The notes: a model not told the origin generated them from the sequence alone. A stretch of DNA of 64,000 nucleotides from Sphingomonas sp. (GCF_023266535.1 NZ_JAHFPY010000002.1:10217-74216); one strand, 5' to 3'; positions 29,427-42,043 are shown, counted from the first letter of the stretch. Program-made: numbers and translations.

Positions 29427-30569
29427 ATGGCCTCCTCCCCCATCACCATCCGCCCGGTCAGGACCGGGTCCGACCGCAAGACCTTCGTCGACTTCGCCTG
29501 GGAAGTTTACCGGGACGATCCCTGCTGGGTGCCGCCGCTCAAGGACGAGGTCCACGGGCTGCTCAATCCCAGGAAGAACCCCTGGTTCGGGCATGGCCGG
29601 GCCGAACTGTGGCTGGCGGAGCGAGACGGCAAGACCGTCGGCCGGATCAGCGCCCAGGTCGACGATCTGGTCCAGGTCCACATGGAACCGGGGACCGGCC
29701 AATGGGGGATGTTCGAGGCGCTCGATGGCGAGGCCGCGGCGGTGCTGATCGCGACTGCGGAAGAGTGGCTGCGCGGTCAGGGCATGACCAAGGCAATCGG
29801 GCCAATCTCCATCTCCATCTGGGACGAGCCCGGCCTGCTGATCCAGGGCTTTGACGAACCGCCGCTGGTGATGATGGGGCATCATCGGCCGGAATATCGG
29901 GCCTGGGTCGAGGCGGCCGGATATGGCAAGGCCAAGGACCTTTACACGTTCGAGCTGGATATCAGGATCGACATGCTTCCGGTGATCGACCGGCTGATCA
30001 GGGCCGGCGAGGCCAATCCGCGCATTCGCATCCGCAATGTCGACAAGTCGAACTTTGCCCGGGATTCGGCGATCATCCTGGATATTTTGAACGACGCCTG
30101 GTCGGACAATTGGGGGTTCGTCCCGCTGACCGATGCCGAGATCGCCTATGCCGGCAAGAAGCTGAAGCCGATCATCGTCGAGGATCTGGTCAAGATCGCC
30201 GAGGTCGACGGTGAGCCGGTCGCGTTCATGATGACCATCCCCGATCTGAACGAGATGATCCGCGACCTGAACGGCAGCCTGTTCCCATTCGGCTGGGCGA
30301 AGCTGCTGTGGCGGCTGCGCAAGGTGACGACGCGGCGCGTGCGCGTGCCGCTGATGGGCGTTCGCAAATCGCACCAGCATGGGCGCATGGCCAGCCAGCT
30401 GGCCTTCATGCTGATCGAATTCACCCGCCGCGTCTGCGTCGACAAATATGGCATCAACTTTGGCGAGTTCGGCTGGGTCCTCGAGGACAATCAGGGGATG
30501 ATGTCGATCGCCCAGCTGCCGGGAGCCGGGATCAACCACACCTATCGGATTTACGATAAGGCGCTGTGA
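29427..30569 (+). CDS. large GNAT-like N-acyltransferase family protein (family often mis-annotated as dATP pyrophosphohydrolase)
   Basis: 380 aa. N-terminus IRPVRTGSDRKTFVDFAWEVYRDDPCWVPPLKDEV...GRISAQVDD is characteristic of this alphaproteobacterial family. Confidence 0.65.
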   Translation: MASSPITIRPVRTGSDRKTFVDFAWEVYRDDPCWVPPLKDEVHGLLNPRKNPWFGHGRAELWLAERDGKTVGRISAQVDDLVQVHMEPGTGQWGMFEALDGEAAAVLIATAEEWLRGQGMTKAIGPISISIWDEPGLLIQGFDEPPLVMMGHHRPEYRAWVEAAGYGKAKDLYTFELDIRIDMLPVIDRLIRAGEANPRIRIRNVDKSNFARDSAIILDILNDAWSDNWGFVPLTDAEIAYAGKKLKPIIVEDLVKIAEVDGEPVAFMMTIPDLNEMIRDLNGSLFPFGWAKLLWRLRKVTTRRVRVPLMGVRKSHQHGRMASQLAFMLIEFTRRVCVDKYGINFGEFGWVLEDNQGMMSIAQLPGAGINHTYRIYDKAL

Positions 30570-30576
30570 CCAGCGG

Positions 30577-31005
30577 TTAACCGAGATGCCGGTCGAGCAC
30601 GACCGACGTGGATACCGAGGCGACCCCGTCAATCGCGGCAATCGCTGATCGGCTGGCTTCGAGGCCGGCCATATCGTCGGCATCGATCCGAACAATGAGG
30701 TCGGTCGGGCCGGTAACCGAATGGATCATGCCGATTGACGGCACGCGCCGCAGCTTGGGGACAATCTGCGCGCATCGAAATCCGCCTTCGAAGCTGACCA
30801 TCAGATAAGCCGACTGCGCCGCCCCGGCCTTGGCGCCTTCACGGATCGTGAAGCCATCGATGATGCCCGCGCACTGGAGCTTGGCCAGCCGCTCCTGGGT
30901 GGCGCTGCGCGACAGGTTCAGCTCGCGCGCCAGCGTCACGATCGGCAAGCGCGCATCGCGCCGCAGCAGGTCGAGCATTCGTCTATCGCGATCGTCCAAC
31001 GCCAA
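30577..31005 (-). CDS. Lrp/AsnC family transcriptional regulator
   Basis: 142 aa. HTH LDDRDRRMLDLLRRDARLPIVTLARELNLSRSATQERLAKL followed by an RAM/ACT-like domain. Confidence 0.9.
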   Translation of the reverse strand: MALDDRDRRMLDLLRRDARLPIVTLARELNLSRSATQERLAKLQCAGIIDGFTIREGAKAGAAQSAYLMVSFEGGFRCAQIVPKLRRVPSIGMIHSVTGPTDLIVRIDADDMAGLEASRSAIAAIDGVASVSTSVVLDRHLG

Positions 31006-31097
31006 TTTCCGTCATAATGCCGGCAATTCCGGCATAATGCCCAATGAAACCGGCGGAAGATATGGGCATCTGTGCGTCACACCATGGAGACCGCCAG

Positions 31098-31655
31098 ATG
31101 AGCCTCGACCTTGACCGCGCCGTATTGTTGCCGATCGATATGCAGCAAGCGTTCGATGACCCCAAATGGCCGCCCCGCTGGAACGGCCAGATCGACGCCA
31201 ACGGCCTGGCGCTGATCCGTCACTGGCGCGAGCGGGGCCGGCCGATCATCCACGTCCGGCACGATTCGATTTTCCCCGATTCAACGCTTCACCCGGCCAG
31301 CGCCGGGAACCGGCATCGCCCAGGGTTTGAGCCACAAGGCGACGAGCCGCTAGTGACCAAGGGCGTCAACAGCGCCTTCATTGGCACCGACCTCGACCTT
31401 CGGCTGAAGCGGTTGGGGGCCCGGCATGTAGTGACCTTCGGCATTTCAACCGACATGTGCGTTTCGACCACCATCCGCACCGGGGCCAACATGGGCTGGG
31501 ACATGATCCTGGCGGACGATGCGAGCGACTGCTTCGAGCTGCCTGACGCCAACGGCAAGATCATTCCGGCCAAAGCGATTCAAGCCGCCCATGTGGCGAC
31601 GCTTGGCTTTGAATTCTGTCGGGTGATGAAGACGGGCGAATTGTTGGCGGCTTAG
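31098..31655 (+). CDS. cysteine hydrolase / isochorismatase family protein
   Basis: AVLLPIDMQQAF, HVRH, KGVNSAF, and VTFGISTDMCVSTT carrying the catalytic Cys. Start taken as MSLDLDRA at 31098. Confidence 0.85.
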   Translation: MSLDLDRAVLLPIDMQQAFDDPKWPPRWNGQIDANGLALIRHWRERGRPIIHVRHDSIFPDSTLHPASAGNRHRPGFEPQGDEPLVTKGVNSAFIGTDLDLRLKRLGARHVVTFGISTDMCVSTTIRTGANMGWDMILADDASDCFELPDANGKIIPAKAIQAAHVATLGFEFCRVMKTGELLAA

Positions 31656-32425
31656 GACAGTTCGATCGCTACCGGCGCGTGGTCGGACGCTTTCTCCTCG
31701 CCCCGCGCCCATTTGTGGACCTCGGCGCCGCGCAGCCGGTCGGCCGCCTGCGGCGAGCAAAGCAAATGGTCAATGCGGAAGCCGGCGTCGCGCGGCCAGG
31801 CGCCCGCCGTATAATCCCAGAATGTGTAGAGTCGGTCATCGTCCGGGTGCAGCAACCTTAGCGCATCGGTCCAGCCCTGGTTGACGATCCGCCGAAAGGC
31901 GGCCTGGCTTTCCGGCTGAAACAGCGCGTTATTGGCCATGGCCCGCCGCGAAAAAGTGTCGCGGTCCTCCGGGATGACATTATAGTCGCCGGCCAGCACC
32001 GCCGGCCGCTCCTCGGCGAGGATCGACGCCGCACGCTCCCGCAAGCGGTCCATCCATTTGAGCTTGTAGTCGAACTTCTCGGTGCCGATCGGATTGCCGT
32101 TGGGCAGGTAGATCGACGCGACTACCAGGCCGTCGATGTCGGCTTCGATATAGCGGCTGTGGCTGTCGTCGGGATCGCCGGGCAGGCCCAGCTGACGAAG
32201 CTCCGGCTGCTTGCCCTTGGCGAGGATGGCGACGCCGTTGAAGCCCTTCTGGACGTGCCACACGGCATGGTAGCCGGCGCCCTCGATCTCGCCGATCGGC
32301 AGCGCGTCGTCGGCGCATTTCAATTCCTGGAGGCAGACGATGTCGGGTTGCTCGCGATCGAGATATTCGAGCAGGCGCTGCAGCCGGGCGCGAATGCCGT
32401 TGAGGTTGTAGGTGACAAGCTTCAC
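31652..32425 (-). CDS. xthA: exodeoxyribonuclease III
   Basis: MKLVTYNLNGIRARL...DIVCLQELK...SDHAPV motifs of the EEP-fold AP endonuclease. Confidence 0.93.
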   Translation of the reverse strand: MKLVTYNLNGIRARLQRLLEYLDREQPDIVCLQELKCADDALPIGEIEGAGYHAVWHVQKGFNGVAILAKGKQPELRQLGLPGDPDDSHSRYIEADIDGLVVASIYLPNGNPIGTEKFDYKLKWMDRLRERAASILAEERPAVLAGDYNVIPEDRDTFSRRAMANNALFQPESQAAFRRIVNQGWTDALRLLHPDDDRLYTFWDYTAGAWPRDAGFRIDHLLCSPQAADRLRGAEVHKWARGEEKASDHAPVAIELS

Positions 32426-32455
32426 CCCGCTTCCCTAGCGGCGCGTCCGGTTCAT

Positions 32456-32773
32456 TCAAACGCTAAATGAGGAACCGCAACCGCAGCCCGAAGCGGCATT
32501 GGGGTTGGTCACCTTGAACGAGGCGCCGCCCAAATCCTCGACATAGTCGACCTCCGAGCCCTGGATGAGATCGAGGCTGACCGGATCGACCACCAGGCTG
32601 ACCCCGTCGGTCGTCGCGACCTGGTCACCATCTTCCAGCTCGCCAAGCTCGAACTTGTAGGTGAAACCGGCGCAACCGCCTCCGTCGACGGACAGGCGCA
32701 GCACCGCCGGCTTGCCCTGCCTGGAGGCAATGAAGGCAACGCGCTTGGCGGCGCTGGGTGAAAGGGAGACCAT
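32456..32773 (-). CDS. erpA: iron-sulfur cluster insertion protein (HesB/IscA/ErpA family)
   Basis: LRLSVDGGGCAGFTYKF and C-terminal NPNAASGCGCGSSF. Start taken as MVSLSPSAAKR at 32773. Confidence 0.9.
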   Translation of the reverse strand: MVSLSPSAAKRVAFIASRQGKPAVLRLSVDGGGCAGFTYKFELGELEDGDQVATTDGVSLVVDPVSLDLIQGSEVDYVEDLGGASFKVTNPNAASGCGCGSSFSV

Positions 32774-32816
32774 GTTCACGACCGCGAGATAGGTTCGCGG
32801 CGATGCAACGGCAAGC

Positions 32817-33770
32817 CTAGCGCTTGGCGCCGCTCGGTCCGCCAAGGGCAACCGCATCCATCGAATGGGTGCCGGCGCCGTTCCGCTGCATCGCGATCAG
32901 ATAGTCGTTCGACTTCATGAACGGGATCGGGTTGACCGCGCTGCCGTCAATCCGGACCTCATAGTGAAGGTGGCTGCCGGTCGAACGGCCGGTCGAGCCC
33001 ATGCGGGCGATTTGCTGACCGCGAACCACATGCTGGCCGGGGCTGACGAGGATCGCCGAGAGGTGGCCGTAGCGGGTTTCGATACCGCGGCCATGATCGA
33101 CCTTGATGAGGTTGCCGTAGCCGCCGTTATTCCAGCCAGCCTCCGAGACGGTGCCGTCGGCGGTGGCGTAAATGGCGGTGCCGATCGGCGCGGCGAGATC
33201 GATACCCTGGTGACGGGCGGCGCCGCCGCGGAACGGATCGGTGCGCGTGCCATAGCCCGACGTGAATTCGGCGGTACGAACCGGCTTTTCGGAGGGAACC
33301 GCGATCGCACCGTCCGCCAGATTGTCGAGCTTCTTCCAGCTGGTGAACAGCGACTTGAAGGTCGGATCGGCCTGGCTGGCGCTGTCGAACGGACCGCCCT
33401 GCGCTCCCTTGCCGATGGCGTCGACATAACCAAGCTTGGCGATAATTGCCGGATCGACCTTTTCGCCGGCGATCATCGCGGCGAGAATCCTCTGGCGCTC
33501 TTCGATCTGGTGAACGCGCGCTTCGGTCGCCGCGGCGAGGCGGGCAATATCCGAAGAAACGGCCGCCGGAGCGGCCGCGGCTGAAGTCGAAGGAGAGACG
33601 AACAGGCGAATTGCCGAGTAAGCCGACCAGGCAAACAGGATCGCCATCACGGCCAGCATGCCGAATTGCACAGGCGCCGAAAGGCGCAGGCGGCGCAAAT
33701 GATTGCCATCGTGGACAAACAGGTCGCGGGTTTGAAACAACCTCTTCGCTGCGATCGCCGCTTGGGTCAT
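32817..33770 (-). CDS. M23 family metallopeptidase
   Basis: N-terminal TM helix, a coiled region, and the LytM motifs HQGIDLAAPIGT and GSTGRSTGSHLHYEV. Confidence 0.9.
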   Translation of the reverse strand: MTQAAIAAKRLFQTRDLFVHDGNHLRRLRLSAPVQFGMLAVMAILFAWSAYSAIRLFVSPSTSAAAAPAAVSSDIARLAAATEARVHQIEERQRILAAMIAGEKVDPAIIAKLGYVDAIGKGAQGGPFDSASQADPTFKSLFTSWKKLDNLADGAIAVPSEKPVRTAEFTSGYGTRTDPFRGGAARHQGIDLAAPIGTAIYATADGTVSEAGWNNGGYGNLIKVDHGRGIETRYGHLSAILVSPGQHVVRGQQIARMGSTGRSTGSHLHYEVRIDGSAVNPIPFMKSNDYLIAMQRNGAGTHSMDAVALGGPSGAKR

Positions 33771-34152
33771 GGCTCCAACTAACTCCTCAAAACACCGCCA
33801 CCCGGCGCAATTGCACCCGGCCCAAATTCAGTCCGTTAAGGAGCTCCCCAGCCCCGCTTTATCCGGCATGCGATTGCCCTCGCATGTCGAAGGCGTGACA
33901 CTGGGCCGGAGGAGTTAAGCAATTCAACCTCCGGTTCCCCCTTAAGGGGTGAAGTGCGGGGTCACTGGGACGAACCGTTGCGCGAGGTTGCGTTAGGTTA
34001 ACAAATTAACCCGAATTTATCGTGAAAATACATCGCACACCCGAATCCTTCGCAGGTGCAAAATTGCCACTAACGGTGGCTGGCGGACCTCGCTAAACCT
34101 TGCGGCGGGCCACGCCGTCCCAACGCGGCGCGTGCTCTCTGGAAGGAGAGTT

Positions 34153-35273
34153 ATGTTGACGAACACCCCGCCTGCGGTGCGCCCGTTGCGCCCGCATTTT
34201 TCATCCGGTCCCTGCGCCAAGCCGCCGGGCTGGTCTCCCGACAAGATAGACACCCGTATTCTTGGCCGGTCGCATCGCAGCGGCCTTGGCAAGGAACGGC
34301 TCAAGCTCGCCATCGACCTGATGCGCGAGATGCTGGCGCTGCCCGATACGCATCGCATCGGCATCGTGCCCGGATCCGACACCGGCGCATTTGAAATGGC
34401 GATGTGGACCATGCTGGGCGCGCGGCCGGTGACGACCCTGGCCTGGGAGAGCTTCGGCGAGGGCTGGGTGACCGATGCGGTCAAGCAGCTGAAGCTCGAC
34501 CCGACCGTGATCCGCGCCGATTATGGCGAGTTGCCCGATCTCAAGCAGGTCGACTGGTCAAACGATGTCCTGTTCACCTGGAACGGTACGACGAGCGGCG
34601 TGCGCGTGCCGAACGGCGATTGGATACCGGCCGACCGCGAGGGCCTATCCTTCGCCGATGCGACCAGCGCGGTGTTCGCCTACGACCTGCCGTGGGACAA
34701 GATCGATGTCGCCACCTTCAGCTGGCAAAAGGTGCTGGGCGGCGAAGGCGGCCATGGTGTGCTGATCCTCGGCCCCCGCGCGGTCGGGCGACTGGAGAGC
34801 TACACGCCCGACCGGCCGCTGCCGAAGATCTTCCGCCTCACAAAGGGTGGAAAGCTGATCGAAGGCATCTTCACCGGCGAGACGATCAATACCCCGTCGA
34901 TGCTGGCGGTCGAGGACGCGATTGTCGCGCTGGAATGGGCGCGCTCCGTCGGCGGGTTCGAGGGGCTGAAGGCCCGGACCGAAGCGAACGCCGCGGCACT
35001 GGACAGGATTGTCGAAGGCCGCAACTGGCTTGGCTACCTCGCACAACGCCCTGAAATCCGGTCGAAAACCAGCGTCTGCCTGACCGTCGACGGCGCCGAC
35101 AATGACTTCATCAAGCGTTTCGCCAAGCTGATCGAAGTCGAGGACGCCGCATACGACATCGCCGGCTACCGCGACGCCCCGCCGGGCCTCCGCATCTGGT
35201 GCGGGGCGACCGTCGACACCGCCGACATCGAGGCCCTCGGGCCATGGCTCGACTGGGCCTGGGAGCAACTAAA

Positions 35274-35277
<4 letters not shown>
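34153..35277 (+). CDS. serC: phosphoserine aminotransferase (alphaproteobacterial type)
   Basis: AAGGAG 4 nt before ATG 34153. [18 protein letters not shown] and [14 protein letters not shown] motifs. Translationally coupled to serA. Confidence 0.92.
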
Positions 35278-36854
<1,577 letters not shown>

Positions 36855-36960
36855 CTGCGGAAAGCAAGCTTTCGACCCATTGCGGACATTAGGCGCGCTC
36901 GCGGCTATCACAGAGAAACCTTGATAGCGCGGCGCGAGTCAGGAACCTAAGCGAGACAAT

Positions 36961-37413
36961 TCAGATCACACGTTTGAAGGGGTATTTGTCGCACGAAAAG
37001 GTCGCCTCCATGCTATGCTGCTTCACCACGTTGCCTTGGGTCTCCGTGCCAAATCCTTTGCCTTTTGCGATGCCGGAAACGCGGTTGACTGTGACATCGA
37101 ACTCTACAGTGGATTTGCGACCAGACTCCGTTCTTTCGTGCGCCGTGCGGATGCGGATGTGATAGGGCTTGATCTCGACACTGCAAGACGTGGCGCCTTC
37201 ACAGACTGACTTCCCGTTGTGGAAAATCTGCTCGCTGGCGGGTGCTGACTCATCCACAATCCACGTAAAGGACTCAGAATGAGATCGGCCATCGTCTTCA
37301 GTCGCGGTTCCCTGACACGAGATTTCGTATCTCTTCGCGTCGCCAGGTTCCTCGCCCACCGCCGTAGCAGGCAACGAAACTAAGATTAGCCCAAGCAGAT
37401 ACGCACGCCTCAT
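36961..37413 (-). CDS. orphan secreted protein, unknown function, in a low-GC islet
   Basis: 150 aa. Signal peptide MRRAYLLGLILVSLPATAVG and four Cys residues in the mature part. The region is visibly more A/T-rich than its flanks. I recognise no family. Confidence 0.55.
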   Translation of the reverse strand: MRRAYLLGLILVSLPATAVGEEPGDAKRYEISCQGTATEDDGRSHSESFTWIVDESAPASEQIFHNGKSVCEGATSCSVEIKPYHIRIRTAHERTESGRKSTVEFDVTVNRVSGIAKGKGFGTETQGNVVKQHSMEATFSCDKYPFKRVI

Positions 37414-37545
37414 TTTTCCGACCCTCCCCCGGCCTCGATAGAGTTACACTGGTCGACGTGAGATATTTGATTTCGTGCCGCAGTAAAGTCCTTGGAGAGG
37501 ACTGATCGGCGCGTCCGGTTTCCACCCATTCCGGCCATTAGCTTA

Positions 37546-38535
37546 CTAACGCGCTCCATCTAAGAACTGCTCCACCTGCTCCGTCGCGAAGTCGCCGGCC
37601 TCGCCCAGCCCCTTGTTGAGCGAGCCGTGGCTTTCGTCGGGGACCGCGACGACAGTGGCGCTGGCGCCGGCGCGGTTTAGGGCATCGGCCAGTCCCTTCG
37701 ACTGCGCCTGGCTGTCCTGGCGGCGCTCGATCGGGAGGATCAGCCAGCGCGCGACATTGGGCGCTTCCGCGTGACGCGTCGGCGACAGCGCGGCCTGGCG
37801 CTGGGGGTCCTTGGTGAACGCCGCCTCGTACATCGGCTTGACGATGTTCATCTCGGCGCTGGCCTGGGTCGGCACGTCATAACCCGCGCCGTCGAGCAGC
37901 ACGACTCCCTTCACCGCGCCCATCGGCACGCTGGCGGCCTTGAGATATTGCGGGTCGGTGCCGACCAGCGCGACGAGATGCGCGCCGGCGCTATGGCCCA
38001 TCAGCACGATCCGGTCGGGATCGAGGCCTTCCCTCGCCGCATTGGCACGGAGCCAGGCGATGGCGCTGGCGACGTCGGCGGCCTGCTGCTCGACCGTCGC
38101 CTGCGGCACCAGCCGATAATTGGCGCTGGCGAAGGCCCAGCCCTGCCCATTGGCCCATTTCGCCTTTTCTCCGGCGGCGTGGGCCTTGTCGCCGATCGAC
38201 CAGCCGCCGCCATGGACGAACAGCAGTACCGGCGCCCTGGTGATGCCGGCCGGCTTGACCAGGTCGAGCCGCTGCTTGGGATCCGTGCCGAAGGCATGTT
38301 CGACCGTGCCCGGAGCTGGCGGATAGGCCTCCGCCGCGCGATCGCCGATCGCCTTGCGGCAAGGATCGCTCAATTTGGGCAGCGCGGTCATGATGCACTG
38401 GCGGAGGCCACCTTCCGCGCCCCGGCATAGCTGCATGATTTCCTGCCGGCATTCGGCCGGAAGCCGCTCGCGCTGGGCGAGCGCCATCCCGCCCAACGCA
38501 ATCACACCAAGCATCGCAACCAACATCCACCGCAT
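37546..38535 (-). CDS. secreted alpha/beta hydrolase (esterase/lipase type) with N-terminal Cys-rich module
   Basis: Signal peptide, then CRQEIMQLCRGAEGGLRQCIMTALPKLSDPCRKAI. HGGGW oxyanion motif and GHSAGA nucleophile elbow. Confidence 0.85.
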   Translation of the reverse strand: MRWMLVAMLGVIALGGMALAQRERLPAECRQEIMQLCRGAEGGLRQCIMTALPKLSDPCRKAIGDRAAEAYPPAPGTVEHAFGTDPKQRLDLVKPAGITRAPVLLFVHGGGWSIGDKAHAAGEKAKWANGQGWAFASANYRLVPQATVEQQAADVASAIAWLRANAAREGLDPDRIVLMGHSAGAHLVALVGTDPQYLKAASVPMGAVKGVVLLDGAGYDVPTQASAEMNIVKPMYEAAFTKDPQRQAALSPTRHAEAPNVARWLILPIERRQDSQAQSKGLADALNRAGASATVVAVPDESHGSLNKGLGEAGDFATEQVEQFLDGAR

Positions 38536-38623
38536 TTCAGCCTCCCAAGCTGGACGGTTCGCACTTCAATCAATAGGAGGCGCGCTGAACCGCGGCTGAC
38601 CGCTTCTGGTTAAGGAATTTCGC

Positions 38624-39909
<1,286 letters not shown>

Positions 39910-39913
<4 letters not shown>

Positions 39914-40185
39914 TGGCGGACTTCAAATTCGAGACTTGGCCCCAGCTCGGCCGTTTCCTCGACCACCTCATCGACCACCGCTGACGGCGGGCCGCGGTGC
40001 AGCAGCTCGATCAGCCGCTGGACGGCCCAGCGGTCGCCCTGGAGATGTGCTTCGACACTTCCATCCGGGGCGTTGCGCACCCAGCCATTGACGCCGAGCG
40101 CTTTGGCCTGCTCCGCCGTCCAGGCGCGGAAGAAGACTCCCTGCACCCGCCCTGTGATGGTCACATGGCGAGCGACGTGCGACAC
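39910..40185 (-). CDS. acyP: acylphosphatase
   Basis: 91 aa. [16 protein letters not shown] and [12 protein letters not shown] signature motifs. Confidence 0.9.
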
Positions 40186-40186
40186 T

Positions 40187-40990
40187 TTATTCCAGCGTCA
40201 TGTCGGGCGCGTCCTCGGCCTTCATCCCGACCACATTATAGCCGGCGTCGACATGGTGGATCTCTCCGGTGACGCCGGACGAGAGGTCGCTGAGCAGGTA
40301 GAGCCCGGCGCCGCCGACATCCTCGATCGTGACATTGCGGCGCAGCGGCGAATTATATTCATTCCACTTCATGATGTAGCGGAAGTCGCCGATGCCCGAC
40401 GCGGCGAGCGTCTTGATCGGCCCGGCGCTGATCGCATTGACCCGTATTCCTTCGGGGCCGAGGTCGGCGGCGAGATATTTGACCGAGGTCTCGAGCGCGG
40501 CCTTGGCGACGCCCATCACATTGTAATGGGGGATGACCTTTTCCGCGCCATAGTAGGACAGGGTCAGCAGCGATCCGCCCGCTTTCATCATGGCTCGCGC
40601 CCGCTGGGCGACGGCGACGAAGCTGTAAACCGAGATGTTCATGGTCATCAGGAAATTGTCGAGGCTGGTGTCGACATAGCCACCGCGGAGTTCGTTCTTG
40701 TCGGAAAAGCCGATCGCATGGACGACAAAGTCGAGGCTATCCCAGCGCTCCTTGAGCTCGGCGAAAGTGCCATCGAGCATGGCCATGTCGCTGACGTCGC
40801 AATCGACCAGAAGGTCGCTTCCCAGTTGCTCGGCGAGCGGACGAACGCGCTTCTCGAGCGCTTCGCCCTGGTAGCTGAAGGCCAGCTCGGCGCCCTGCTC
40901 ACGCAACAGCTTGGCGATGCCCCACGCCAGCGACCGGTCGTTGGCGAGCCCCATGATCAACCCGCGCTTGCCCGCCATGATGCCGCTCAT
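40187..40990 (-). CDS. fabI: enoyl-[acyl-carrier-protein] reductase (NADH)
   Basis: GKRGLIMGLANDRSLAWGIAK, YxxxxxxK (YNVMGVAKAALE) and SAGPIKTLAASGI motifs. Confidence 0.95.
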   Translation of the reverse strand: MSGIMAGKRGLIMGLANDRSLAWGIAKLLREQGAELAFSYQGEALEKRVRPLAEQLGSDLLVDCDVSDMAMLDGTFAELKERWDSLDFVVHAIGFSDKNELRGGYVDTSLDNFLMTMNISVYSFVAVAQRARAMMKAGGSLLTLSYYGAEKVIPHYNVMGVAKAALETSVKYLAADLGPEGIRVNAISAGPIKTLAASGIGDFRYIMKWNEYNSPLRRNVTIEDVGGAGLYLLSDLSSGVTGEIHHVDAGYNVVGMKAEDAPDMTLE

Positions 40991-40993
40991 CGG

Positions 40994-42034
40994 CTATTCC
41001 CCCTGCTTGCTCGCCCGCCGCCTGGCGGCGGCCGCCTTTTTCTCTTCGGGCGCCGGCTCCTCGACCGGCACTTCGTCTTCGAACGGCCCCTCGTAGTGCT
41101 CGCCCTTTAGCGCCTTTCCGCCCGGCTCGACTAGGGCTGCGTTGAGCTCCGCCCCGGCGACTACGCCAAGCCCGGCAAAGAAGAAGAACAGCAGCGCGAC
41201 CATCACTCCGGCGAGGCTGCCGTAGGTGAGCTCATAACCGCCGAACAGGCCAATCACCCAGGGGAGCAGTTCGACCGTCGCCAGCCACCAGACGGTGGCG
41301 ATGAGCGCGCCCGGCCATTTGCGGTTCTCGATCGTCCGATAGCGCGCTGGGGTCAGGGCCAGGAAGATAATGTAGAAAGTGGCGAACAAAGTAATCGCCG
41401 GCGCGATCCGGTAGAAGCCGAGCCTGCCGACCAACCCTTCCGAAGCCGGGAGCTTGGCAACCAGGAACTGGTGGACCGACGACAGGACGACGGTCGCCGC
41501 GAAGGCGGCAAACAGCAGCACCACCGCCCCCAGGATCAAGGCCATCGCCGCGAGCCGGTACTGCCAGAAGCTGGCCGAATATTTGACGCCGTAGGCGCGC
41601 CTGAGGATGTCCCGAATGGTTTCGATGAAGCTCGCCGCGGTCCACAGGCCGATGGCGGCGCCGAACCACAACAAGGAGCCATGGCGTCCCTGCAGCACCT
41701 CGTCGATCGGTCCGGACAATACGGCGCGGACGGTGGGCGGGAGCCTGCTCAATATGGTCGCCACCGCCAGCTGCGTATCCTGGGTCAGCCCGAAAAAGCG
41801 CGCGACGGCGGCCGCCAGGATCATGAACGGGAACAGCGCGAGCAGGGCGAGATAAGCGAGATTGCCGGCGTGGATGAAGCCGTCATCGTAAATGCCGACG
41901 GCAACCCGCTTGGCGACAATCAGCGGCTTGATCTCCAGCCTGGCCCGTTCAAGCGCCGCCTTACCGAAGCGCGCTCGCAGCCTTGCCAGCCGCTTGCGCC
42001 GTTCTTCGGGCGAATAGGGATGGAGTTCCTTCAT
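40994..42034 (-). CDS. YihY/BrkB family inner membrane protein
   Basis: 346 aa with six predicted TM helices and the typical FDDGFIHAGNLAYLALLALFP motif region. Confidence 0.8.
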   Translation of the reverse strand: MKELHPYSPEERRKRLARLRARFGKAALERARLEIKPLIVAKRVAVGIYDDGFIHAGNLAYLALLALFPFMILAAAVARFFGLTQDTQLAVATILSRLPPTVRAVLSGPIDEVLQGRHGSLLWFGAAIGLWTAASFIETIRDILRRAYGVKYSASFWQYRLAAMALILGAVVLLFAAFAATVVLSSVHQFLVAKLPASEGLVGRLGFYRIAPAITLFATFYIIFLALTPARYRTIENRKWPGALIATVWWLATVELLPWVIGLFGGYELTYGSLAGVMVALLFFFFAGLGVVAGAELNAALVEPGGKALKGEHYEGPFEDEVPVEEPAPEEKKAAAARRRASKQGE

Positions 42035-42043
42035 CCGACGCGA

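Noticed and set aside
29304-30695. 463-aa minus-strand ORF
   Set aside because: It is antisense to the 380-aa GNAT-like gene, whose product has a conserved family signature. The antisense product is low-complexity.
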